Origin: Candidatus Pacearchaeota archaeon
GTDB taxonomy: Archaea > Nanobdellota > Nanobdellia > Pacearchaeales > GW2011-AR1
NCBI GenBank assembly: GCA_018303825.1
Contig: JAGVXK010000021.1
Coordinates: 1 to 64,000, forward strand
Length of the DNA: 64,000 bases
Reading direction: 5' to 3'
A program made the translations under genes and the position numbers. Below are positions 28,186-36,482 of this stretch, piece after piece; position 1 is the first letter of the stretch, and the number at the start of each line of letters is the position of its first letter. Below the pieces are notes generated by a model. That model had not been told where the DNA came from. It saw nothing but the letters and a program-made list of their open reading frames with translations, and ran no database searches.

Positions 28186-28896
28186 CTAACCTCGTATTGA
28201 ATCTTCTACAATTCTATTCACTTCTGAAAGTATGCGTTCCCTCGTTCTCTGACCAAAAATCCTATGGATTAATGAACTATCGTCATAACTTTGTAAAACA
28301 AACTCAACATTTGGAGGAGATGTAAATTTCTTAAATCTTCTAAGGGGATAAATAGTAGTAACTTTAACCACACAACCATTTTGTTCTCCACCATTTCTTC
28401 TTTCAAACAAATCTGTTTCTGCATTCTTTCCATATTCGTCTACTACTCGATGGTCGTCTAATACTTGGAGGTATTGTAAATATGGAATTTGACCTTTAGG
28501 ACAAACGTTTTTTGGTCTAAAACTAAAAGGTTCTTTGTTAATTTTATCTGCTACAAAGGTCAAGATGTCTTCGGGTGCCTTGAATAAATGTCTACCAAAA
28601 TCCCTAAAATCTTGCCCTAAAATACCTATTTGAACGCCTTCCCTAGCAGAAAAACTATAATCTTTCTTTGTATCAAATTCTGTCCAAATATGCCCGCCTA
28701 GACTCTCTAAGTGCCCAGTACCATCCAGATGGTTTACAAGAAAAGCGGGCCAAGTTCCCTTATTGTAATATCCTACCTGACATCCTGTAATTCTTACATT
28801 GCCCATTCCATGCAAAAGGTACATTAAATGCTCTGGGCTAATACTATCAAATATGGCACTGTTTTGTACTCTCTTATCATACTTTTGTTCAATCAT
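28186..28896 (-). CDS. Hypothetical protein
   Basis: 236-aa ORF coupled to the upstream ORF. Confidence 0.65.
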   Translation of the reverse strand: MIEQKYDKRVQNSAIFDSISPEHLMYLLHGMGNVRITGCQVGYYNKGTWPAFLVNHLDGTGHLESLGGHIWTEFDTKKDYSFSAREGVQIGILGQDFRDFGRHLFKAPEDILTFVADKINKEPFSFRPKNVCPKGQIPYLQYLQVLDDHRVVDEYGKNAETDLFERRNGGEQNGCVVKVTTIYPLRRFKKFTSPPNVEFVLQSYDDSSLIHRIFGQRTRERILSEVNRIVEDSIRG

Positions 28897-29474
28897 TTTC
28901 TTTCACCTCCGAATTTTTTCTGAAGAAAATCCAATGCTAGTTGCCTTTCTCTTTCTGATTCAAAAATAACAAGGGGCCTTGGCCAAGGTTTGTTACATTT
29001 TTTAATAAAAAATTCAAGCAGGGATTGATGAGAAGAAGCTAATAGATGATCAAACCCGCTAGGGGTTAAATCTGAGTAACCTGGTGTCATCGGGCGACCT
29101 ATTTTGTCTGCGATAGAATTAACCTCATAGGGTCTTGGTGTGAATGATAACGCATAAACCCTCAAACTATCTCCAAACCTACCTGTATTGACGTGCTGAA
29201 TTAGGCATAATTGATCTCCCAAATAAAGATGCATTTGCATATCCATTTTATCTCTTTCATCCGCATTACAATAAATACGCCCGCCAGGAACAACGGGTGA
29301 TGCTCCGCATAGAGTTATTTCGCCAAACTGAGCAACCCTCTCTAAGTAAATTGGACCCCCATCATTAAATCTCGGTGCACATAATGATAAGTTAACACTT
29401 CTCTCTCTACAAAAAATTGCGTTTGCCATTTCTTGATGGGCGTCTTTTCTTTCTATGTTTAATCTTATTCTCAT
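28893..29474 (-). CDS. Hypothetical protein
   Basis: 193-aa ORF divergent from the TrmB-like gene. Confidence 0.65.
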   Translation of the reverse strand: MRIRLNIERKDAHQEMANAIFCRERSVNLSLCAPRFNDGGPIYLERVAQFGEITLCGASPVVPGGRIYCNADERDKMDMQMHLYLGDQLCLIQHVNTGRFGDSLRVYALSFTPRPYEVNSIADKIGRPMTPGYSDLTPSGFDHLLASSHQSLLEFFIKKCNKPWPRPLVIFESERERQLALDFLQKKFGGERK

Positions 29475-29602
29475 TTTCTATTTCTCCCAAGTTTATTTAC
29501 TATCATAAGATAATGGCATAATAAAGTGTATTTAAATTATTGTTGTAAGGAAGCTATTAACAATTTAGAAAGAATTAAATATAACAATTCACTTGATTTT
29601 AT

Positions 29603-30316
29603 ATGGAAATAACTACACTCGAGAGTCTTGGAATGAACAAAACAGAGGCCAAAGTATATCTGGCTTTACTTGAATTGGGAGAAGTACAAGCAGGACAGAT
29701 AAGTAAAAAATCAGGAGTTAATAGAACAAGCACGTATGATTCATTAGAAAGACTAATATCGAAGGGTCTCGTTAAATATGTTATTCAATCAAATAAAAAG
29801 GTATTCGGGGCAGATAAACCCAATAAAATAGTTGAGCAATTAAAAGAACAGGAGAGAATAGCTAAGCAAATACTGCCAGAACTTAATAATTTGTTTAAAG
29901 AATCAAAAAAAGATGAGGAATCTGAGATCTATAAAGGCAGAAAAGGGATAAGGTCTATCTTGTTTGAAATAGTAAAATATAAAGAATATATTGCTTTTGG
30001 CTCAAAAGGCAAGTTTTTAGAGATAATGAAGCACGATTTTGAGATTTTTCAAAAAAGGAAGAAAAAATTAAAGATAAAAGCCAGAGTAATATTAAGAGAA
30101 TCTGATAGGACTTCTGAATCTGTTAAGGTTGCTTATAGTGATTTTAAATTTGTTCCTGATGAATATGGATCTCCGACTACTACATTTGTTTATGGAAATA
30201 ATATTGCCATAATTGTCTGGCTGTCTGAGCCAATCGCTACAGTAATAAAGAGTAAAGAGGTCGCTGAAAGCTATTCGCATTATTTTGAACTACTTTGGAA
30301 ACTCGCAAAGCCCTAG
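29603..30316 (+). CDS. TrmB-family HTH transcriptional regulator
   Basis: LGMNKTEAKVYLALLELG...RTSTYDSLERLISKGLV; effector domain IYKGRKGIRS...TTTFVYGNNIAII. Confidence 0.88.
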   Translation: MEITTLESLGMNKTEAKVYLALLELGEVQAGQISKKSGVNRTSTYDSLERLISKGLVKYVIQSNKKVFGADKPNKIVEQLKEQERIAKQILPELNNLFKESKKDEESEIYKGRKGIRSILFEIVKYKEYIAFGSKGKFLEIMKHDFEIFQKRKKKLKIKARVILRESDRTSESVKVAYSDFKFVPDEYGSPTTTFVYGNNIAIIVWLSEPIATVIKSKEVAESYSHYFELLWKLAKP

Positions 30317-30326
30317 ATGATACCTT

Positions 30327-30779
30327 CTTCGGCGTGAGCCGAAGCTCTCTGTGCGAAGCACCCAAGCCCCCGACCAATTTCTGTTTGACTGAAATGCCTA
30401 CAATCAGCAATTTCGTTTAAGCTTGATTAAACCTTTGGATTTTTTGTTAGTGGCTTAAGCGGAGCAAAGAGCCAATTACTATTTTAAAGTTGAGGTTTAC
30501 TTTTCGTCTAATCGTTCAGGCTAAAAGAACTTTCAAGGCAATTGTTAAAAGTCAAAATAATTGAAAGTTACAGAAAATTATGGTTTCCATAAAGGAAATA
30601 CTTTAGGATAAAGTAAATAATTTTTCTTTTAGTGGAGATTAGGCGAGTCCAAAGGACCTCTTGGTGCGAATTAAGAGCCAAGAGTTAGTAAACCACAACG
30701 AAATATTTGCGAATAAGTGTAATTGCTGGCTATTTTGGTTTTGGGGCTGGCGAGGCGTTTTTCTAAGGGGCACTTTTTC
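30327..30779 (+). repeat. Structured repeat element, copy 2 (complete, no cargo)
   Basis: Nested stems: cagcaatt/aattgctg, ttcgtttaagc/gcttaagcgga, ggtttact/agtaaacc, tcgtctaatc/gattaggcga, ctaaaaga/tcttttag, aactttcaa/ttgaaagtt, aaaattat/ataatttt, acttta-gga-taaagt, ctcttgg/ccaagag. Confidence 0.85.
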
Positions 30780-30788
30780 CTAGTCTAA

Positions 30789-31295
30789 CTAGTTAATTAA
30801 AAACCTATAATAAGATGTAAGAAAATCCAAATTATCTTTAGGATTTATATTCATATTTCCCTCTCCTGTAAAAATAACCTTGTCCCTGAGAGGATATAAT
30901 GGTGACGACCTAAACTCTACATATCCAACTCCCGCCACCCTAAACCATGGCTCAAAGTCATCATGACCACCCGTGGGCAAAATTATCCCATTTCTAATCT
31001 CACTCAAAATATGTACAATTTCTGATCTATCCCTCATTCTTGTCAATTTAGCAAAATTGAATTTTGTTATTGCATGTGCAACAAGCTTCCTATAAAACTC
31101 TGTGCCATACTCGTGATCTGAATTTGAATCGAAGTTCCTTCGACAAAAATGAAATTCCAGAGGATTTCCTTCAAAATTGGATGACTTAATCAAATTAAGA
31201 CTATCTTCCAAAAACACGTCTAACGCATTCCGAATACACAACGGGTACTTACCAACCCTTCTGAATATAAACGCGTCATCATATAACTTCTCCAT
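30789..31295 (-). CDS. Hypothetical protein
   Basis: 168-aa ORF divergent from the second TrmB-like gene. Confidence 0.6.
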   Translation of the reverse strand: MEKLYDDAFIFRRVGKYPLCIRNALDVFLEDSLNLIKSSNFEGNPLEFHFCRRNFDSNSDHEYGTEFYRKLVAHAITKFNFAKLTRMRDRSEIVHILSEIRNGIILPTGGHDDFEPWFRVAGVGYVEFRSSPLYPLRDKVIFTGEGNMNINPKDNLDFLTSYYRFLIN

Positions 31296-31329
31296 GAACT
31301 CTCTGTCTTGCCTAGTCTTTTAAATCTTA

Positions 31330-31350
31330 GTTGTTATTATTAATAACAAC
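31330..31350. promoter_or_regulatory. Perfect 21-bp palindrome between divergent TATA boxes (candidate operator)
   Basis: gttgttatta-t-taataacaac, flanked by tttaaat on both sides. Confidence 0.55.
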
Positions 31351-31380
31351 ATTTAAATAATCACTACAATAAAACTAATA

Positions 31381-32088
31381 ATGGAAGAACTCATAGAAAA
31401 TTTAAAAATGGCCGGTCTAACTGGAAATGAATCAAAAGTTTACGTAGGTCTAATTAAGATTGGAGAAACTTCAGCCAACGAATTAGCAAAAAATCTGAGT
31501 TTAGACAGAACATTAACATATACTATTCTAAACCATTTAATAGAAAAGGGAATGGTTGGCTATGTTATCAAAGCAAATAAAAAGTTCTTCTCGGCATCTG
31601 AACCACAAAACCTATTAAATAAAATAAAAAAAGATGAAACAGCGATAAAAAGAGTGATAGAAACTTTAAAAACAATGAAAACAACAAACGAGCCCTCCCC
31701 GAAAGTGAATGTTTATGATGGGAAAGAGGGACTCAGAACATTCTTAAGGCTTCTGACAAAAGATAAGAAGATTTCTGCATTTGGAGCGACAGGCAGATTA
31801 TATGACTCTCTCTTCGAAACAGAAGCCATCGCAAAAGAATTAAAAAAAACATTATCTGCTAGAATTATTGCTAGTAATAAATATCGCACCCATCCAATTA
31901 GGAAAATAAAGAGAATTGAAGTAAGATATTTAGATGTGGACAACGAGGCAACAACAACCATTTTCGGAGATTATATTGCCCTACATCTTTTAACAGATAA
32001 ACCATTCATAATAACAATCAAGAACAAAGAAATTGCGCATGGTTATCTAAACTATTTCAATCTTCTCTGGAAAATCGCCAAGAAATAA
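31381..32088 (+). CDS. TrmB-family HTH transcriptional regulator (paralogue)
   Basis: AGLTGNESKVYVGLIKIG...RTLTYTILNHLIEKGMV, VYDGKEGLRT, TTTIFGDYIAL. Confidence 0.88.
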   Translation: MEELIENLKMAGLTGNESKVYVGLIKIGETSANELAKNLSLDRTLTYTILNHLIEKGMVGYVIKANKKFFSASEPQNLLNKIKKDETAIKRVIETLKTMKTTNEPSPKVNVYDGKEGLRTFLRLLTKDKKISAFGATGRLYDSLFETEAIAKELKKTLSARIIASNKYRTHPIRKIKRIEVRYLDVDNEATTTIFGDYIALHLLTDKPFIITIKNKEIAHGYLNYFNLLWKIAKK

Positions 32089-32136
32089 TCTGAAAAAGTG
32101 CCCCGTTCTGCTGTTTGATAATTATTGTTCGTATTT

Positions 32137-32515
32137 TCGCCAACAGGCGACTATCTGTGCGTAGCACCACCGAGCCAGCCCCTATCGAACTTCCAGCAAT
32201 TTTGTTTAAACTAGATTAAACGCTCTGCGTCTGATTTCTGAAAATGGTTTAAACGAAACGAATGAGCAAATCCCTAAAGAGGTTTACTTATCGTTTAATC
32301 GTTCGTAATAAGAGTGGTTTTAGCCATTAATACTTAAATCGTATGAGCTAAAACTAAGACTAAATTCCGTCTTTCTACTAAAGAAAGTATTTCAGGATGA
32401 AATAAGGAATTTATCTCTTATGTGAGATTAGCCGACCACTTTAGTAGCGCGAGCTGATTACGAAAATCCTCGCGACTTTTGCTTTGTTCTCAGCCGATTT
32501 CGAAGCGTAATTGCC
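32137..32515 (+). repeat. Structured repeat element, copy 3
   Basis: gtgc-gta-gcac; cagcaatt...gtaattgcc; tttgtttaaac/gtttaaacgaa; tcgtttaatc/gattagccga; tggttttagc/gctaaaacta; taaattcc/ggaattta; tttca-gga-tgaaa; cgcgag/ctcgcg. Confidence 0.8.
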
Positions 32516-32548
32516 AAGATTTATAAAGTAGTAGATTTTATTTAGATT

Positions 32549-32836
32549 ATGGGTTGGAAAAACTGGAGTTATTGGTTGAGAGGAGGTTTTTTGCTAGCAA
32601 CGATTTACTTTATTTATACTTTACTTATAAATCAATTATATGGGACAGTTATAAAAGCAGGATTATATCGCATATTATATGAGGTCGGATATCCCTTCAA
32701 TTTTGTACGGTTTTTGGTTATGGGCTTTAATGAATCATTCATAGCCATAATTTTCAGTTGGATAATTGCATATATTGTCTTTTTCCTTCTTGGAGCAATA
32801 ATTGGTTGGATCGTTGGTAAAATAAAATCTAAGTAA
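32549..32836 (+). CDS. Small membrane protein
   Basis: 95 aa with 2-3 hydrophobic helices; lies between repeat copies 3 and 4. Confidence 0.7.
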   Translation: MGWKNWSYWLRGGFLLATIYFIYTLLINQLYGTVIKAGLYRILYEVGYPFNFVRFLVMGFNESFIAIIFSWIIAYIVFFLLGAIIGWIVGKIKSK

Positions 32837-32853
32837 TTCTTTTTTGAATAATT

Positions 32854-33075
32854 GGCAATTTCGTTTAAGCAAGCTATTGTGCGACATCTCTGATTCGCAC
32901 CCAGCGGTTAAGCGGAGCGAGAAATTAACGGGCTGAGAATTGCAAGCCGAAAGGGGCAAGAGTTTACAGGCAATATTCTATTTGTTACTATGGAAACTCT
33001 GAAGGGGAAGGGGCTTTCTTTTTCTTGAGGGGATTTGCAACCCGAGCGATAGCGAAGGGCAAAGCAAAAGTTTGG
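32854..33075 (+). repeat. Structured repeat element, copy 4 (partial: first arm plus right end)
   Basis: ggcaatttcgtttaagc...ggttaagcgga...aattgc; ggggct right-end motif; ccc-gagcgatagcgaa-ggg. Confidence 0.7.
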
Positions 33076-33118
33076 TTAATCATACTTAAACGAACATTAA
33101 GAATGAAAAAGAAAGGAT

Positions 33119-35677
33119 TTAACCTAATATGCTCAAATTCACTTGGACTTCTGGTTCTTTTGGAACTTTAACAATATCCGCCACTTTGTCTCCTTCTTTC
33201 AACTTAACCACATGGACTCCCTGCGTGGCTCTTCCCATGACTCTCAAGTCCCTCATGCTCGTTCTAAGGACCATCCCTTTTGTTGTCGTTATTATCACAG
33301 AATCACGGTCGTTGACACACAAAGAAGAGATGACATTTCCTGTTCTTTCAGAAACATCAAGACTAATTACTCCTTTTGCGCCCCTCGATGTCTTCCTATA
33401 TTCTTCTAAATCTGATCTCTTCCCGAATCCTTTTTCTGCTACGGTAAGTATTGTTGTTTTCCCATTCATCGGAAGACTTTCAAGAGCGACAACTTCATCT
33501 GTCTTTCCTAATTCTGCGCCTTTTACCCCATAAGATACCCTTCCCATAGGCCTTACCTCGTCGCTGTTGAATCTAACCGCCTGCCCTTTCTTTGTGACAA
33601 GCATTACTTCCTGCTTATCTATGACATGACTTACATTGATTAAAATATCAGAATTATCTGCCGGGAGATTTATTACCCTAACGCCCGTATTTCTTGGTTT
33701 GCTCAAATCTTTCAGTGGAAGCTTCTTTACCATTCCAAGTTTCGTGGCAAACATCAAATATCCCACATCGAAATTCTTTACAGCTTTTACATTTGCTATG
33801 GCTTCATCTCTTAAACTTAAAAGATTGACAATTGCTTTCCCCTTTCCTTGTCTTTCTGCTGATGGAATATCATTTGCTTTCAGCCAATAAACCCTCCCCC
33901 TTGTTGTGAAGAACAATAAGAAATCATGTGTTGAGCAGGTAAGCATCTTGTTTACAAAATCTTCCTCTTTAAGTTCTGCCCCGCTTGTTCCAGCTCCGCC
34001 CCTCTTCTGCTCTTTATATGCCTTAACATCAACTCTCTTCACATATCCTGAGTTTGTAATCATAATGACAACATCTTTCTTCTCAATAAGGTCTTTTTCT
34101 GTTATTTCCTCAACCCTTCTTAATATTCTTGTTCTTCTCTCATCACCATATTTTGTCTTAAATTCCTGAACCTCTCTCTTTATAACCTTTAGAATTTCTT
34201 TTTCGTCTCCAAGAATTTTCTTCAAGTCAGAAATTCCCTCTTTAAGCTTCTTTTCCTCATCCCTGAGCTTTCCTTCTTCTAATCTTGTCAATTGCTGCAA
34301 TCTTATCTCCAAAACTGCCCTTGCCTGCTTATCAGTCAAAGAGAATTTCTTCATTAAGCCATCGTGTGCATCTGTCGCATTAGCTGATTTTTTGATAAAT
34401 TCAACAACTTTATCAATATTCTTCTGCGCAATTAAAAGACCTAAGACAATTTCAAGCCTTTCTTCAGCTTTCTTCAATTCAAACTTGCTTCTATTCCTGA
34501 CTATTAATCTTCTGTATTTGATATATTCTTCAATTATCTGCTTCAAATTAAGAACAACCGGCTTATTTCCAACAAGAGCAAGAAGATTTGCATCAAAACT
34601 CGTTTCCAGGTTAGTTGAAGTGTAAAGCTTGTTCAATGTAAATTTAGAATCAACTTCTTTTTTCAATTCAACAACAATTCTTACCTTTCCTTTGGAAGAT
34701 TCGTCTCTTAAGTCATAAACATCTGGGAGCTTTTTCTCAGTTGCAAGCCTTGCAATCGATGTAACAAGATCAGACTTGTTAACCATGTAAGGTATTTCAT
34801 TAATGATTATGATTGGCCTCCCTTTGCGCTCTTCAACTGTTGTTTTTCCTCTTATTACAATTTTTCCCTTTCCAGACTTATACATATCTTTTATTCCGTC
34901 TCCAAATATCTGTCCCCCTGTTGGAAAATCAGGGCCCTTTACTACTTCAGCAAGTTCATCTATAGTTATTTCCGGCTTGTTTATGCATTCAATTATTGCA
35001 TCGCATACTTCTGTTAGATTATGGGGGGGAATATTTGTGGCCATTCCTACAGCTATTCCCGTAGCCCCATTAATTAGTAAATTTGGCAATTTCGCAGGAA
35101 GTGTTTCCGGCTCTTTTGTTGAATTATCGAAGTTAGGCCTCATCTTCACAGTTTCTTTATCAATGTCTTCAATTAATTCCTGTGAAATCTTTGAAAGTTT
35201 TACTTCTGTGTATCTTTGTGCTGCCGGACTATCTCCATCGAGTGAACCAAAATTTCCTTGCCCGTGCACAAGTGGGTATCTTAAAGAAAAATCCTGTGCC
35301 ATTCTCACGAGAGAATCATATACTGCAATATCACCATGTGGATGATACTTTCCTAAAACTTCTCCTACTACTGCCGCTGATTTTCTTGTTGGCTTGCTCG
35401 CATCAAGCCCAATAGAATGCATCGCATATAAAATTCTTCTGTGCACAGGTTTTAACCCATCCTCAACACTTGGAAGTGCTCTCTGAACAATAACGGACAT
35501 TGCATAATCTATATATGCCTGCTCCATTTCCTCGACTATTTCCACGTTTGCTACGCCCTTCTCAACTTCTCCCTTTGCTCTTCTTTCCTGCTCTTTCTTT
35601 TCTGCTTCTATATCTATCTTTTTCTCTGTTTCATTCCCATTGCAATTTCCATTTTTGTTTTCTTGCTTCTCCGCCAT
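33119..35677 (-). CDS. gyrA: DNA gyrase subunit A
   Basis: [25 protein letters not shown] (catalytic Tyr), GyrA-box EQKRGGAG, beta-pinwheel repeats. Confidence 0.97.
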   Translation of the reverse strand: MAEKQENKNGNCNGNETEKKIDIEAEKKEQERRAKGEVEKGVANVEIVEEMEQAYIDYAMSVIVQRALPSVEDGLKPVHRRILYAMHSIGLDASKPTRKSAAVVGEVLGKYHPHGDIAVYDSLVRMAQDFSLRYPLVHGQGNFGSLDGDSPAAQRYTEVKLSKISQELIEDIDKETVKMRPNFDNSTKEPETLPAKLPNLLINGATGIAVGMATNIPPHNLTEVCDAIIECINKPEITIDELAEVVKGPDFPTGGQIFGDGIKDMYKSGKGKIVIRGKTTVEERKGRPIIIINEIPYMVNKSDLVTSIARLATEKKLPDVYDLRDESSKGKVRIVVELKKEVDSKFTLNKLYTSTNLETSFDANLLALVGNKPVVLNLKQIIEEYIKYRRLIVRNRSKFELKKAEERLEIVLGLLIAQKNIDKVVEFIKKSANATDAHDGLMKKFSLTDKQARAVLEIRLQQLTRLEEGKLRDEEKKLKEGISDLKKILGDEKEILKVIKREVQEFKTKYGDERRTRILRRVEEITEKDLIEKKDVVIMITNSGYVKRVDVKAYKEQKRGGAGTSGAELKEEDFVNKMLTCSTHDFLLFFTTRGRVYWLKANDIPSAERQGKGKAIVNLLSLRDEAIANVKAVKNFDVGYLMFATKLGMVKKLPLKDLSKPRNTGVRVINLPADNSDILINVSHVIDKQEVMLVTKKGQAVRFNSDEVRPMGRVSYGVKGAELGKTDEVVALESLPMNGKTTILTVAEKGFGKRSDLEEYRKTSRGAKGVISLDVSERTGNVISSLCVNDRDSVIITTTKGMVLRTSMRDLRVMGRATQGVHVVKLKEGDKVADIVKVPKEPEVQVNLSILG

Positions 35678-35678
35678 C

Positions 35679-35867
35679 TTACTTTAATTTATCCTCCTCG
35701 TGGTGAACCAGCAAGTGTCCAGATTTAATATCTATATGAAAATGTGATTTGGTATTTTTCAATTTATTTAACTTATTAATTAATTCTTCTATTTGATTAT
35801 TATTAACTTCTATTTCAATCACATTATCCTCTTCATCCTTTGTTTTTTGATTAGCTTTTATTGCCAT
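35679..35867 (-). CDS. Hypothetical protein (62 aa)
   Basis: Tightly packed ORF in the gyrB-gyrA operon. Confidence 0.55.
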   Translation of the reverse strand: MAIKANQKTKDEEDNVIEIEVNNNQIEELINKLNKLKNTKSHFHIDIKSGHLLVHHEEDKLK

Positions 35868-35871
35868 GTTT

Positions 35872-36072
35872 TTATTTTTTCTCCTTTATTATTTGAGTCT
35901 TAACTGGAAAACTTACCAAACCAACCACGCCATTCCCTGAAAAATTAAGCCCGCAATCAAGGCAATAATCATGACTTTCTGAAACACTTGCTTCGATTCC
36001 TATATTCTCGCTCTCGCATTTAGGGCAAAACTTCGCTTCCCTTACTTTTTCAATTTTCTTTTCTTCGACCAT
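35872..36072 (-). CDS. Small zinc-ribbon protein
   Basis: CPKC...CLDC motifs. Confidence 0.6.
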   Translation of the reverse strand: MVEEKKIEKVREAKFCPKCESENIGIEASVSESHDYCLDCGLNFSGNGVVGLVSFPVKTQIIKEKK

Positions 36073-36073
36073 T

Positions 36074-36481
36074 TTACTTTAAAGCCTCCAGCTCTTTGCA
36101 AAGATTATCAACACTATCAAACCTTATCGTTTTCTCAGCAATCTGATTTAAGTAAGTATTCCTTACTCTACTATTAATTGCAAGAATTATTCTTTTCTTC
36201 TTGGCAATCGAATAACCTGCTTCCATTAATAACCCCTCACTTCTATTCTCGGAGTTAACAAACAATAAAATAGCATCGGAACCATCAAGAAATTTCAAGG
36301 CATGGTCCAAATAATCCTTTTCATTCCAACCATCAAATTTCTTAGGATTATCGGCATAATCTATAAAGGTACACTTAGATTTATGTCCTGCTTTTTCGAG
36401 AGCAGATACTATTCTTCTTACATCTCTCTCTAACTGAATAAAATCTTTATTACTTACCCTTTCTGCTATAAATATCATCAT
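36074..36481 (-). CDS. Nucleoside 2-deoxyribosyltransferase-like protein
   Basis: DAILLFV...SEGLLMEAGYSIAKKKRIIL; the likely start 36481 avoids overlap with gyrB. Confidence 0.65.
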   Translation of the reverse strand: MMIFIAERVSNKDFIQLERDVRRIVSALEKAGHKSKCTFIDYADNPKKFDGWNEKDYLDHALKFLDGSDAILLFVNSENRSEGLLMEAGYSIAKKKRIILAINSRVRNTYLNQIAEKTIRFDSVDNLCKELEALK

Positions 36482-36482
36482 A

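Noticed and set aside
30327-30779. Group I or group II intron identity (gagatta resembles the group I R element; gtgcg resembles a group II 5' end)
   Set aside because: The partner strand taatc lies upstream rather than downstream, no domain V is visible, and the elements are intergenic rather than interrupting genes.
25999-32943. Repeat arms as integron attC sites (tcgtttaagc...gcttaa resembles the L boxes of classical attC)
   Set aside because: No RYYYAAC/GTTRRRY R boxes, no extrahelical-base pattern, the elements are much larger than attC, and there is no IntI in the window. Kept only as an analogy.
25930-33075. CRISPR array
   Set aside because: No regularly spaced identical repeats with unique spacers; the Cas4-like gene is 23 kb away and alone.
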